A stretch of DNA of 64,000 bases. Origin: Candidatus Harrisonbacteria bacterium CG10_big_fil_rev_8_21_14_0_10_40_38. Its GTDB lineage: Bacteria; Patescibacteriota; Minisyncoccia; UBA6257; 1-14-0-10-40-38. Shown here one piece after another: positions 1 through 10,615 of the stretch (its first letter is position 1; the number at the start of each line of letters is the position of its first letter). A program made the translations under genes and the position numbers. The stretch lies in the NCBI GenBank assembly GCA_002773535.1, contig PFAZ01000001.1, positions 89,273 to 153,272 of the forward strand, given 5' to 3'. The notes beneath the pieces were generated by a model that was not told the origin of the DNA, did no database searches, and saw only the letters and a list, made by a program, of their open reading frames with translations.

Positions 1-273
1 AAAATATCCTGAGCCAAGCCGAAGGATAACCTTTAAAAATAAAAAATAATACACTGACATTTTAAGACACATACTCTGTATGTGTCGTAAAATGTATATT
101 GTACGACAGGTAGTATTTTGGTTTAAGCACCCACGTGGATATGCTCTTCCCTAGTTTTAATTGCAAGTCATCAGTCGTCAGTCTTAAGTTGTTAGTTGCT
201 TAACCCACTCACATTCACTATGTCGCATTCTATATTTCACAGCCTTAAGTTGTCAGTCATTGGTCTTCAGTTA

Positions 274-1281
274 TCAGTTCTTCAGTTTTTTACTCGCCCT
301 ATAAAGCCCATACCAGAGCTTATTTAGCGGTAAATCCCACGTACCAGGATATGTAACTATAAAACCGCCAAAACTCTTCTTATAAGCCGTTATACCGCTC
401 CATCTTGGGTTTTGCTCGCTAACACCCCAAAAATCAAATACAGAGCATCCTCGTCGCTTTGCATCCATTATCGCCTGCCATAGTAATAGCGTCGGTGCAT
501 TATACCTTCCAAACCCGCTTGCAGAGGCCGAATATAGATATATTGCCGTCTTTCCGAAGTAAATTATTATCGCCGAAGACAAAACCTTTCCATCTTCCAT
601 TTTCGCAACAAAAAGATCCGCTTCGATACCTCCGCTAAGTTCAAGCACCGATTCGTAGTAAGCTTTTGGATAAGCTTTTAATTTATGTCGCGTGTTTGTC
701 TCGCGAAAAAGTTTCCAGAACTCATCAAAACTTTTTTTCTGGTTGGAAGAAGAAACTGTTTCAATAGTTATATTTCTTTTAAGAGCGGTCTTAATCGCAT
801 ATCGTGTCCCCTGCTCCATTTCCTTAAATAAAACTTTTTCTGATTTTGTCAAATCAATTACAAGAGTATGTTCTGGTTGTGCTTCGATAGATTCGACAAA
901 CCCAAGCGAGCGAAGAGTCTTTATTGCAAATGTCACATTTCCCAAATCAGAAGGAACCGGTTCAAGTCTCAAAAAAATTGTTTCTTTGGATAATTCTTTT
1001 TTTACAAAATCAACAAGCCTCTTTAGGGTTTCTGGGTATTCATTTATTAAAACTGGTCCACGCGGCGCGTAGAGATATCTTTTTTCATAAGGAAGCTTGT
1101 GCTCAGTAATAAGCGCCGCCATCTGTGAACTACCTATTCGCCAGATTTTTCTTCCACGCGCCTCCTGAAAATCTCCCCATTCCCAACTTTGCAAAAAAGA
1201 ACCGCCGTTTTCAGTTACGAACTTGTTCCAGTTATTTTGTTTAGCCGAATCGACATAATAGTGTAAAGATCGTCCCTCCAT
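274..1281 (-). CDS. FemAB-family peptidoglycan interpeptide-bridge transferase (aminoacyl-tRNA dependent)
   Basis: 335-aa ORF with the FemAB/MurM-like fold signature in the translation (WEWGDFQ, YLYAPRGPV); sits in a cell-wall gene block. Confidence 0.7.
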   Translation of the reverse strand: MEGRSLHYYVDSAKQNNWNKFVTENGGSFLQSWEWGDFQEARGRKIWRIGSSQMAALITEHKLPYEKRYLYAPRGPVLINEYPETLKRLVDFVKKELSKETIFLRLEPVPSDLGNVTFAIKTLRSLGFVESIEAQPEHTLVIDLTKSEKVLFKEMEQGTRYAIKTALKRNITIETVSSSNQKKSFDEFWKLFRETNTRHKLKAYPKAYYESVLELSGGIEADLFVAKMEDGKVLSSAIIIYFGKTAIYLYSASASGFGRYNAPTLLLWQAIMDAKRRGCSVFDFWGVSEQNPRWSGITAYKKSFGGFIVTYPGTWDLPLNKLWYGLYRASKKLKN

Positions 1282-1289
1282 GAAAAAAA

Positions 1290-2582
1290 TTAAAGTGGTC
1301 GCGAAACGTACTCAAGCGGGTTTACATCACCACCAACCGGCATAGGACCGCAAACTCTTGTGCCCTTAACTAAGTATGTACTCGTCTCCCAAACAGTAAA
1401 GTGTATATGTGATCCGGTTGCCCAACCGGTTTTACCCATTCGCGCTATAAGCTGTCCACGTTCCACTTTTTGCCCAACAGTTACAAGATACTGTGAAAGA
1501 TGACCATAAAGCGTGGTAAGACCGTTATTGTGTTTTACCACGATGACTTTACCGTAAGCACCTCTTGGACAATAAGCGTCTTGATTTGTTGCAAATATGA
1601 CTTCGCCCGCCTCAGCTGCGTATATATCAGTACCAAGCGGAGCCGCGATGTCTATACCGTTATGCCAATGACCCTTGTAAGTCTGCAGCGCAAAAGCTGT
1701 CTGCCCATATCCTTGACTCAATATGCCGCCATTTACAGGCCACAACAAAACTCCCGGCCTCGGTATTGGCAAAAGATCGGTATCTATTTTTGATCGTAAT
1801 TCCTTTTCATAAGCTTCAATCTCTTTTGCGATTGCCTCTTGTTGTTCAGCAAGCTCTTTTAATTGAGATTGATATTGTTGCTCTTGTGATTTTGTAAGTG
1901 AAAGAAGTTGTTTATGTTCAGTTTTTTGATCCACTACAAGATCTTGTTTGTATTTTAATCCTCGCGTCTCTTGTTCCACATCCTGCTTTTTCTTATTTGT
2001 AAGAGAAAGACTGTCAGCAAGCGCCGTTCTTGCGTCTTCTAGATCACTGATTTCTTTACTCAATCCTTCGTTTATATTTGTAAGTGATTGCACCTCAAAA
2101 ACACTTTCAGCAAGGCTCACATTACGAAGAAATATTGTCAGGTTATTATCGTGATCTCTTTCCTGTAGCTCCCGAAGAAAATTTACAACCGCCTCGCGCT
2201 TTCTTGCCATCTCTTCTTCTTTAGCTGAAATATCAAAAGACAAAAGCTCTATCTCACTCCCAAGTTTATCTATTTTAATCTCGCTGGATCTTATTGTGAG
2301 GGATAGCTGATTAATCTGATAGTCAGATTGTTTTATGGCCTTGTTAAGCGACTGACCCTGTTGTTCTAGTTTGCTTATATTTTCCTGTGTTTTTTGAATC
2401 TGTTTATTTACCTCCTGTAGAGCAGATGTTTTGTCCTCAATATTTTTACGCAAATTTACTACCTCAGGAGAATCTTCTGAAACAGCAAAAACAGGCGCAC
2501 TTACTAGAACAAGTGACAAAATAACCGAAAAAGCCAAAAATATCTTAAAATATGAAAGTTTCATTTTTAGAAATTGATACAT
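1290..2582 (-). CDS. M23 family metallopeptidase with N-terminal signal/TM and long coiled coil (EnvC-like)
   Basis: 430 aa; N-terminal hydrophobic segment, ~250 aa of Q/E/K-rich coiled coil, C-terminal HxxxD and HIH M23 motifs (HWHNGIDIAAPLGT, GSHIHF). Confidence 0.8.
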   Translation of the reverse strand: MYQFLKMKLSYFKIFLAFSVILSLVLVSAPVFAVSEDSPEVVNLRKNIEDKTSALQEVNKQIQKTQENISKLEQQGQSLNKAIKQSDYQINQLSLTIRSSEIKIDKLGSEIELLSFDISAKEEEMARKREAVVNFLRELQERDHDNNLTIFLRNVSLAESVFEVQSLTNINEGLSKEISDLEDARTALADSLSLTNKKKQDVEQETRGLKYKQDLVVDQKTEHKQLLSLTKSQEQQYQSQLKELAEQQEAIAKEIEAYEKELRSKIDTDLLPIPRPGVLLWPVNGGILSQGYGQTAFALQTYKGHWHNGIDIAAPLGTDIYAAEAGEVIFATNQDAYCPRGAYGKVIVVKHNNGLTTLYGHLSQYLVTVGQKVERGQLIARMGKTGWATGSHIHFTVWETSTYLVKGTRVCGPMPVGGDVNPLEYVSRPL

Positions 2583-2617
2583 ACCAATTTAGCAAACGAA
2601 AGACCAGCTGACTAGTT

Positions 2618-4147
2618 TCAAAGTCCAAGATCGCCGCCAATAGACCCTAGTTTTTTAATAGCCACACCAATTCGCGATAAAGTCTCATTCTTTCCCAATA
2701 CATCCATTATCTCAAATGGCCCAGGGGAAGCTTCCTTTCCCGAAAGCGCAACCCTAAGAGGCCACAATACTGCTCCCCTGCCCACTCGATCCGAAATCTC
2801 GGACAAAACTTCTAAAAGTCTATTGGCATTAAACGAATCATCGGAAACATTAGAAATAATTTTCTCAACCGATTCCAATGTTTCGGCAACAACAGATGCT
2901 GGCGCATCCTGCCATATAAGCATCTTAGGCTCATAATCCGGCAGTTCAAAAAAGAAATCCGAAAGCTCTATAAAATCGGTTAATTTTTTCATCCGTTCCA
3001 TGCTAAAAGACAGGAGCCTGTCTATCTGTGATTCAGAAAGACCATCTGGAATAGTTGAAACATTTTTTATAGCCACAAGGAGATCTTTTTGAGAAAGCGA
3101 TTTTATATACTGTGCATTCATCCAATCAAGTTTTTGCCCATTAAACACAGCTCCGGCCTTCTGTACCCTTTCAATTTCAAAAAGTTTTACAAGTTCATCT
3201 TTGGTAAAAATCTCTCTTTCTTCACCGTTTTCATCAGCCGACTGTTCAGCGCTTGGATGCCACCCTAAAAGCGCCAAGAAATTAAATAAAGCCTCAGGAA
3301 GGTAGCCGTCTTTTTTATATTCCGACACCGCGGTGTCAGAAAATCTCTTAGACATCTTTGTTTTGTCCGGATTTAAAATTAGCGGCATGTGGGCATAATG
3401 TGGCACATGAAATCCAAGCGCCTCAATGAGCGCCACTTGTTTTGCGGTATTCGAAAAATGCTCCTCACCACGTATCACATGAGTTATCTGCATTTCAGAG
3501 TCATCAATAACAACAGCAAAATTATAAAGCGGATCATCGAGTGATCTTGCGATAACTATGTCACCGGAAAGTGACAAATCAAAAACGGTTTTTCCACGTA
3601 TCATGTCATTAACCGAAACTTTCGCCTCAGGCATTTTAAATCTAAGAACGGCAGATTCCCCATCTGACATTCTTTTCTCTGCTTCTGATGTAGGAACCCC
3701 TCTACACCTGCCACTATATTTTGGCGGCTGCCCTTGGGTCATCTGGCTCTGCCTCATCGCTTCAATTTCCTCCTTTGTACAAAAACACCAGTATGCATGT
3801 TTTTCCTCGATAAGTTTTTTTGCATACTTTTCATAAATCTCGCTTCTTTCACTCTGTCTATATGGCCCAAATTTTCCCAACTCGTTTTCAGTTTTTAGTT
3901 CCAAGTTTTTAGTTAATTGTGGTCCTTCATCCCAATCAATCCCGAGCCATTCCAAATTTTCCAAGATATTCTCTTCGTATTCTGGAAGAGAGCGTTCCTT
4001 ATCGGTATCTTCTACTCGCACAACAAAAACACCTTCATGTTTTCGTGCATAAAGCCAGTTAAATAAAGCAGTTCTAGCGCCTCCAATATGCAGATTTCCC
4101 GTAGGGCTTGGCGCAAAACGCACTCTTGGTGGCTTACTGGGAGTCAT
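2618..4147 (-). CDS. gltX: glutamyl-tRNA synthetase
   Basis: HIGH motif (PTGNLHIGGART) and KMSKR motif present; 509 aa; carries an ~18-aa LKTKN-type insertion encoded by the heptad repeat (see findings). Confidence 0.9.
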   Translation of the reverse strand: MTPSKPPRVRFAPSPTGNLHIGGARTALFNWLYARKHEGVFVVRVEDTDKERSLPEYEENILENLEWLGIDWDEGPQLTKNLELKTENELGKFGPYRQSERSEIYEKYAKKLIEEKHAYWCFCTKEEIEAMRQSQMTQGQPPKYSGRCRGVPTSEAEKRMSDGESAVLRFKMPEAKVSVNDMIRGKTVFDLSLSGDIVIARSLDDPLYNFAVVIDDSEMQITHVIRGEEHFSNTAKQVALIEALGFHVPHYAHMPLILNPDKTKMSKRFSDTAVSEYKKDGYLPEALFNFLALLGWHPSAEQSADENGEEREIFTKDELVKLFEIERVQKAGAVFNGQKLDWMNAQYIKSLSQKDLLVAIKNVSTIPDGLSESQIDRLLSFSMERMKKLTDFIELSDFFFELPDYEPKMLIWQDAPASVVAETLESVEKIISNVSDDSFNANRLLEVLSEISDRVGRGAVLWPLRVALSGKEASPGPFEIMDVLGKNETLSRIGVAIKKLGSIGGDLGL

Positions 4148-4601
4148 AATTACCCTTTATTTTATAGGGCAAAAGCCATAAATACCATATTGACAAATAT
4201 ATTAAATTATAGTAATATGCAAACAGTTCCAAATCTCACAAATCGACTGGAGATTAAAAATGAGCATCACCGGCAGTATTATTTTTGCCGTTGTCCTGAT
4301 TGCAAGTTATGCTATCCCAATCAGCTTTACTGGATCCCTCTTTTTTAGGATCGGTAAGGCTGAAGAATACAGATCGCTTGAGTTTTTTCTTAAGTTGAAC
4401 CACCGGCAAAAAAAGCAGCAAATGCCCTCAAAAGCGACTCACGTCGCATGGGGCATCGCAATACTGGTTATCCCCTTTATTGCAGCGATTGTTCAGTTAT
4501 ACCTCCTCGGCTTTCAATTTCCTATCTAATAGGAATGGATCCACCTCTTCGACGATCACCCAGTTCCCCCTCTCGTAGGGGGACACTTTTTTATGCCACA
4601 G

Positions 4602-5765
4602 TTAGCCTGTCGCTTTTTGCATTCCACTCACGCTAAGTAAATCACTTGCAATCAAATTTGCCGAATCCGCAATAAAAAACTTTTTACCAGCCGCTTCCAT
4701 AGAGCTCCGCTTTTCTTGATTGGAAATAATCCCCTGAACCTCACTCATCAAAAGCGCCGGTAAAATATTTTCTTCCTCAATAACTATCGCCGCCCCAGCT
4801 CTTTCATACTGATAAGCATTTTGAACCTGATGATTATTTGCGGAAGTTGGGAGCGGTATGAGGATCGCCGGCTTACCAAGAGCCGCGAGTTCAAAAATCA
4901 CTCCCGCCCCCGCTCTCGAGATAACTACATCAGCCGATGAATATGCAGAAAGAATATTATTCGTAAAAAATGGGAAAAATTTATATCTCGCCTTGGTTTT
5001 ATCTAAAAATCTTGCGCTTAAAAACTCATATTGCTGAACATATTGCGTATAATTTTTTGACCCAATCTGGTGAAGAACCTGAAATTTTGATGTTAAAGTC
5101 TCAATGTTTTCCAAAACAAATTCATTTATATGTTCCGCTCCCTGAGATCCGCACAAAAAAAGCACCACAGGTTCGTTCGAATCAAAGCCAAACTCTATCT
5201 TCGATGCCTTGCTTTCCGAAACATTTAACAAATCAGATCTCACAGGATTACCAACTAAATGAGTTTTTTCTTTTGGCAAATACGCGGCAGCTTCCGAAAA
5301 AGAAAGCTCTATAAGTTTTGCAAATTTTGAAGAAAGTTTTGTTGTTAAACCGGGAATAGCATCCGATTCATGAACCACGATCGGCACAGTATAAAATCTA
5401 CACACAGCAACAACAGAAAAAGCTCCCGGGCCGCCTTTTGAAAAACAGACATTGGGCATAAACCAAAATATCTTCCACAATCCCTGAACAACGCTCATCA
5501 AAAAACGGAAAATATCAAAAAAGTTTTGTATATCAAAATACCTCCTCCACTTACTCGGGGTTATGTGAATTACTCTAACACTGGCATTTTCCAGAACTTC
5601 TCTATACTGCTTTGGATCTCCAAAATATCTTATATCCGGCTCATATCCACTCCCGGCTATTTGTTTTTGAAGCGCTTCAGCAACAGCGGCAAGAGGATAA
5701 ATATGTCCGCCGGTTCCCCCACCGGTCAAAAGCACTCTTATTTTTTTCAACTGACTTCTCGCCAT
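4602..5765 (-). CDS. murG: UDP-GlcNAc:undecaprenyl-PP-MurNAc-pentapeptide GlcNAc transferase
   Basis: N-terminal GGGTGGHIYP glycine loop typical of MurG; 387 aa; adjacent to ftsW and mraY. Confidence 0.85.
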   Translation of the reverse strand: MARSQLKKIRVLLTGGGTGGHIYPLAAVAEALQKQIAGSGYEPDIRYFGDPKQYREVLENASVRVIHITPSKWRRYFDIQNFFDIFRFLMSVVQGLWKIFWFMPNVCFSKGGPGAFSVVAVCRFYTVPIVVHESDAIPGLTTKLSSKFAKLIELSFSEAAAYLPKEKTHLVGNPVRSDLLNVSESKASKIEFGFDSNEPVVLFLCGSQGAEHINEFVLENIETLTSKFQVLHQIGSKNYTQYVQQYEFLSARFLDKTKARYKFFPFFTNNILSAYSSADVVISRAGAGVIFELAALGKPAILIPLPTSANNHQVQNAYQYERAGAAIVIEEENILPALLMSEVQGIISNQEKRSSMEAAGKKFFIADSANLIASDLLSVSGMQKATG

Positions 5766-5861
5766 AAAATTTTATTTTTTTACCTGTTTTTTACCTGATA
5801 GACTTATTTATTTAGATTAATTAGTCTCTAAAATTTTAAATTTTGATTTTTTAATTTTAAA

Positions 5862-6974
5862 TTAAGTGTATCTCGATATATTAACAGAAATACCCATCAT
5901 CGTAAGCATTATCGCGAGAGATGTTCCTCCATAACTTATAAAAGGAAGAGGAATTCCAGTGATCGGCACAAGCCCCGATATCGCTGCTATATGAAAAAAA
6001 ACTTGAAGCGATATCAATGCAGAAAAACCAATAAGTAACAACGACCCAAACTGATCTGGTGCGCGCTTTGATAAAATAATTAGTCGAAAAACAAGTACTG
6101 CAAAAAGGATTATCACAAAAGCTGAACCAAGGAACCCAAACTCCTCCGCAATAACTGCAAATATCGAATCCCCCTCCGGCTCCGGCAGATATCTAAGTTT
6201 TGTTGTCGATTGTCCATATCCAACACCTGTAAGACCACCTGATCCTATAGCGTTTAAGGCTTGGGTTAGATGAAATCCTGATGTCTGTGCGTTTTCTTCT
6301 GGATGCAAAAAAGTGAGTACGCGTTCAAGCCTATAAGGTGTCGAATATATAACAGCTGCAAAACCTATAGCAGCCAGAAGTCCAAGCAAAGCAAGATATT
6401 TCATCTTCGCCCCACTCATAAAATACATCGTTATAGCTACAACGAATAAAATAGTCGTCGTGCTGGTTGCGGGTTGTTTTAAAAGAAGTCCGACTATAAC
6501 AGCAGTCACAATCAAAAAGGGTATAAATCCCCTTTTCAGATCCTTTGTCCGGTTTTTATCAGCGCTAAGCCACGCGGCAAGATAAATTATCAAAAAAATT
6601 TTTACTATCTCTGATGGCTGAAAATTAACCGGACCTATCGAAACCCATCTTGTTGCGCCTTTTGCGGTAAGCCCCAACGGGGTAAATACAAGAGATAAAG
6701 CCACGATAGAAGTAATTAAAAAAATTAAAGCAAACTTTGCGTAATATTTGTAATAAATAACGCTCGCCAAAAGGAATCCCAATATTCCCACAGATAAACC
6801 GTTAATAATTTGTCTCTTCAAAAAAAAGTTTGCATCACCAAATTGTGATTTCCCAGTATTAGAAGATGCGCTTGAAAGCATGGCTAAGCCAAAAAGAACT
6901 AGTAGTACAGTGCATACCACTATCACGTAGTCAGGATTCTTCGGTTTTCTATGTCTAATCTTAAACTTAAACAT
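5862..6974 (-). CDS. ftsW: SEDS-family peptidoglycan polymerase FtsW/RodA
   Basis: Polytopic membrane protein of FtsW/RodA/SpoVE type; I place the start at the internal Met (6974) to avoid a 77-nt overlap with the upstream ORF; the tracked ORF extends to 7052. Confidence 0.75.
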   Translation of the reverse strand: MFKFKIRHRKPKNPDYVIVVCTVLLVLFGLAMLSSASSNTGKSQFGDANFFLKRQIINGLSVGILGFLLASVIYYKYYAKFALIFLITSIVALSLVFTPLGLTAKGATRWVSIGPVNFQPSEIVKIFLIIYLAAWLSADKNRTKDLKRGFIPFLIVTAVIVGLLLKQPATSTTTILFVVAITMYFMSGAKMKYLALLGLLAAIGFAAVIYSTPYRLERVLTFLHPEENAQTSGFHLTQALNAIGSGGLTGVGYGQSTTKLRYLPEPEGDSIFAVIAEEFGFLGSAFVIILFAVLVFRLIILSKRAPDQFGSLLLIGFSALISLQVFFHIAAISGLVPITGIPLPFISYGGTSLAIMLTMMGISVNISRYT

Positions 6975-6975
6975 T

Positions 6976-8514
6976 TTATTTAGTTTTTCTAAGAACCATT
7001 CCAGATCTGCCACTTCCAACGAGATCCCCTTTGGACACCTCAACCCTTCCATTTACCAAAACATGTCTTATCTCGCTATCCTTAAAAACTGCAATATCAG
7101 CGAAATAGGTCGGCTTAAGAACACCACGATTATCTATTCCCAAAAGTGAAGCAGGTGTATAGGTTATTTTTTTAATAGCATCCTCGATCGGAACAAGTTT
7201 CATATTTGCAACAATTTCCAAAAAATAAGGAAAAGTCCTCGAGAGCCTGTCGTGTTCCAAAAACCCGTGATCAGTAACACTCGGAGAATTTGATACAATT
7301 ATCGATTGAGAATGTCTCAATCGATGAATTGCAAAATCAATATTAATATCCCTATACAATACAACAGCTTTCATTTTCGTTTCTTTCATCAAGAAAACCA
7401 GAGCCTCTGCGCAAGAAACCCCGTGATTTTTTGCTATCTCACCCAATTTTTTATGAACTAAATATGGAGCGCTCGGAGCATAAGCCACAATAAGACTTCC
7501 GCCATCAAGATATGGAAAGTTTTCTACTAGTTCGTCCTTTATATGGGGTGAAGAAATAGCCGAAAGCATATCTTCCAGTTTTCCTGTCTGTGCAGACAAA
7601 GGCAAAAGACGATAAATAGGGTAAAGACTGAACGGAAACGGATATAAATCAAAATAAATTGGTAAAGTCGCTCCAGCCCCCTCAATAAGCGATATCCCCG
7701 CTTCATATTCCTGTTCAAATCCCAAAATAGGGCGGAAGTGACTTATTAGAGTTCGCGCACCGGTATCTCTAGTGATCTGGATAGTTTCTTTTACAGATTC
7801 CTCTAACTCATTTGTTTCACTTCGGAGATGTGTTGTATAAAGCCCATTATTCTTTGCAGTTACAGCCACAAGTTCTTTTAATTCTCCATACGGAGTCATT
7901 TTTGCGTGAGAGTAACCAAGTCCCGTAGAAAAACCAAACGCGCCCTGAGACATAGCGCGCGAAAGAATATTCTTAAATGAATCAATCTCTTCACGCGTAA
8001 GATCACGCTGCTCACCTCTTGTGATAGCCCTCCTAACTGTAGAGTGACCGACAAGAGTGGCAAAATTCACTCCAATTCCATTAACTTGCAAAACATCAAA
8101 AAACTCGCCAACTGTATGCCAGTTAACATTCACTATTTGAGAACTCATCCACTTTCTCATTGAGATGAGAGATCCGTCTATAAGTGGTGCAAGCGAACCC
8201 CCACACATCCCACCAACAATAGTCGTAACACCTTGTTTCAAAAAACTGCTCTGCGAAGAGTCAGAAAAAATCGTGCCATAATGATCAGAATCGTTATTAA
8301 TATCTATAAATCCGGGCGCAACATATGCACCCATTGCATCAATTACCGTGTGCGCTGATTTTGTAGAAAAAGATCCAATCGCAGATATTCGGTCACGCTT
8401 TATAAGGACATCGGCACGATATGGTGGAACACCGGTTCCATCAACAATTAATCCGTTCTTTATAAGTACCATAAAAAGGGCAAAAAAACTAAACGCCACT
8501 ATGTATTGTAGCAT
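6976..8514 (-). CDS. amidohydrolase-superfamily protein (N-acyl-D-amino-acid deacylase-like)
   Basis: N-terminal LIKNGLIVDGTG...ADVLIKRDRI and metal-binding amidohydrolase pattern; 512 aa. Confidence 0.55.
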   Translation of the reverse strand: MLQYIVAFSFFALFMVLIKNGLIVDGTGVPPYRADVLIKRDRISAIGSFSTKSAHTVIDAMGAYVAPGFIDINNDSDHYGTIFSDSSQSSFLKQGVTTIVGGMCGGSLAPLIDGSLISMRKWMSSQIVNVNWHTVGEFFDVLQVNGIGVNFATLVGHSTVRRAITRGEQRDLTREEIDSFKNILSRAMSQGAFGFSTGLGYSHAKMTPYGELKELVAVTAKNNGLYTTHLRSETNELEESVKETIQITRDTGARTLISHFRPILGFEQEYEAGISLIEGAGATLPIYFDLYPFPFSLYPIYRLLPLSAQTGKLEDMLSAISSPHIKDELVENFPYLDGGSLIVAYAPSAPYLVHKKLGEIAKNHGVSCAEALVFLMKETKMKAVVLYRDINIDFAIHRLRHSQSIIVSNSPSVTDHGFLEHDRLSRTFPYFLEIVANMKLVPIEDAIKKITYTPASLLGIDNRGVLKPTYFADIAVFKDSEIRHVLVNGRVEVSKGDLVGSGRSGMVLRKTK

Positions 8515-8551
8515 TCTATATCTACAAATTTATCCCCAAAAAACAAAGCTA

Positions 8552-9595
8552 TTAGAAAAATCTATTCAGGAAAAATAAAGCCAATCCAAGCGCGCTAAAA
8601 ATTGCCGAAATTATCCAGAACCTCATAGTAACTTGGCTCTCGGGCCACCCTAAAGCTTCAAAGTGATGATGTATAGGGGCGGAATAAAATATTTTTTTAC
8701 CCCTAACTTTTTTTGATAAAAGCTGAACAATGACGGACGCAGATTCAAGTACTAAAATTGGCGCAAAAAATGGCAAAAAAAGAGTTGTGTTTGTTAGCAT
8801 CGCGATAACACCCATGGTTATTCCAAGCGCCATTGAACCGGTATCACCCATAAAAAATTTCGCAGGATTAATATTGAACCACAAAAATGCTAGCAAAGCC
8901 CCTATGACTACACCACCAAAAGTAGCAAGGTCGTATCTCCCAAGGGCAAATGCCACCACGGTAAGCGCAATAAATGCAAAAAGTAATACACCACCGGCAA
9001 GTCCATCCAGCCCATCGGTAACATTAGCCGAGTGAGCGCTTGCAGTGATAATAAAAATAAATAACGGAATATAGAACCACCCGATACTCACCTGTCCTAT
9101 TAATGGCACAACTAATACATCCCAATCAAGTCTATAGAAAAACCAAAGCGCGCCTACGAATGCGAGAGCAAGGTAGAGCACCAACTTATCTCTCATACGA
9201 AGTCCTCCGCCATTTGGTCCAATTCTTTTAATTCCTAAAACATCATCAACCGCTCCAAGAGTCCCTGCAATAACCATAGCCGCAAGCGGCAGATATGTCT
9301 GAGCTCTATCGATAAAATTTAGATAATCCCAAAAACCGCCAAAAATTGCGCTCATCGCCCACAAAAAAAGAGCGATAACCACAACCGTCCCCCAAATCAA
9401 AACCCCACCCATCGTCGGCGTACCCTCTTTCTTTTGGTGTAGTTTGGCAAAAACAGGAGCTTTATCACTGGATCTTATTTGTTTCCCAGCTCTTAAATTG
9501 TTTAGATATTTGATTAAAATAGGCGCAAAAGTAAAAGCAGTCACAAACGCCACCATTGTAAGGGTTAGGATTTTTATTGCCGACAATAAAATCAT
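8552..9595 (-). CDS. mraY: phospho-N-acetylmuramoyl-pentapeptide transferase
   Basis: Polytopic membrane protein with conserved MGDTGSMALG and HHHFE motifs. Confidence 0.9.
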   Translation of the reverse strand: MILLSAIKILTLTMVAFVTAFTFAPILIKYLNNLRAGKQIRSSDKAPVFAKLHQKKEGTPTMGGVLIWGTVVVIALFLWAMSAIFGGFWDYLNFIDRAQTYLPLAAMVIAGTLGAVDDVLGIKRIGPNGGGLRMRDKLVLYLALAFVGALWFFYRLDWDVLVVPLIGQVSIGWFYIPLFIFIITASAHSANVTDGLDGLAGGVLLFAFIALTVVAFALGRYDLATFGGVVIGALLAFLWFNINPAKFFMGDTGSMALGITMGVIAMLTNTTLFLPFFAPILVLESASVIVQLLSKKVRGKKIFYSAPIHHHFEALGWPESQVTMRFWIISAIFSALGLALFFLNRFF

Positions 9596-9597
9596 GT

Positions 9598-10611
9598 TTA
9601 ATAAATTTCAGAAGCCCAATTATAAAGCGCCCGTGTCTCTCCAAACCTATCGTCCGTGCCAAAAACTATTATTAAAAACAAATTATCCCCTTCCCTGAAA
9701 AGTGAAATTAGATTTCCATTTGCATCATCGGTGTAACCTGTTTTTCCACCAACAAAATCAGGTTGACCGACAAATTCATTATTACTCGGTATTGTCCTTT
9801 GAGCTCCAGAAACTATTTCATTTATAGAAACAGATTTATTCGTCGTGTATTCAAATAGTTCTGGGTATTCGCTCAAGATCGTCTGAACTAATTTTGTCAT
9901 ATCGCGAACCGTAGACTGGTTTAAAACAGAAAGCCCCGTCGGATCAGCAAAAGAAGTCTCATTCATTAATAATTCTTTCGCTCTAAGGTTCATGTCATTG
10001 ATAAAACTTTCTCCATCAGAAGAAAGCGCAAGAGCGGAAGCCGCGTCATTACTAGAAATAAGAAGAGAAGCCTTAATGAGATCCTTCACAGAAAAAATCT
10101 CACCGGTACTAAACCCTCCTGCTTCGCCATAAGCCACAATCATCTCGCTTGTAATAGTCACCTGTTTTTCTGGTTGAAATATTTCCAATGAAACAAGTGT
10201 TGTCATTAGCTTTGTAAGAGATGCGAGTGGCCAGTGCTGTTCCGGGCTTTGTTCAAAAAGAACAATGCCATGATTTAGTTCTTTTACAATCGCAGATTTT
10301 CCGTGAAATATCGGTGGGAGATTTGAAGGCAGTATCGGCTGAGGTTTTGCAAATGCAAGAACCCTCGCGCCCGCAGAAAGCTCATAGTTTTTTGGCGGCA
10401 GTAGAGAAAGGACCGGCTCAGGCGTTATATATACCGGCGATGGTGTTTGTAGAGCAGTGTTTATAGTGAGACTTGTCTGTGATACAACTCCCCTCCCATC
10501 AGGGTCAACTCTCCTAGAGTCGCCATTGCTCCCCACTGGACCGAAAGCAACAAGTAAAAAAACGACAAGAACGAAAGCTAAACTTTGTAGATGGAAACGG
10601 CTTAATTTCAT
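9598..10611 (-). CDS. D-alanyl-D-alanine carboxypeptidase (S11 penicillin-binding protein)
   Basis: SxxK (SLTK), SxN (SSND) and KTG (KTGYT) motifs in order; N-terminal signal peptide. Confidence 0.75.
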   Translation of the reverse strand: MKLSRFHLQSLAFVLVVFLLVAFGPVGSNGDSRRVDPDGRGVVSQTSLTINTALQTPSPVYITPEPVLSLLPPKNYELSAGARVLAFAKPQPILPSNLPPIFHGKSAIVKELNHGIVLFEQSPEQHWPLASLTKLMTTLVSLEIFQPEKQVTITSEMIVAYGEAGGFSTGEIFSVKDLIKASLLISSNDAASALALSSDGESFINDMNLRAKELLMNETSFADPTGLSVLNQSTVRDMTKLVQTILSEYPELFEYTTNKSVSINEIVSGAQRTIPSNNEFVGQPDFVGGKTGYTDDANGNLISLFREGDNLFLIIVFGTDDRFGETRALYNWASEIY

Positions 10612-10615
10612 AATT

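Noticed and set aside
692-1109. Plus-strand ORFs 692-1072 and 924-1109 antisense to the FemAB-family gene
   Set aside because: Fully embedded in a well-supported minus-strand gene, with low-complexity translation; shadow ORFs.
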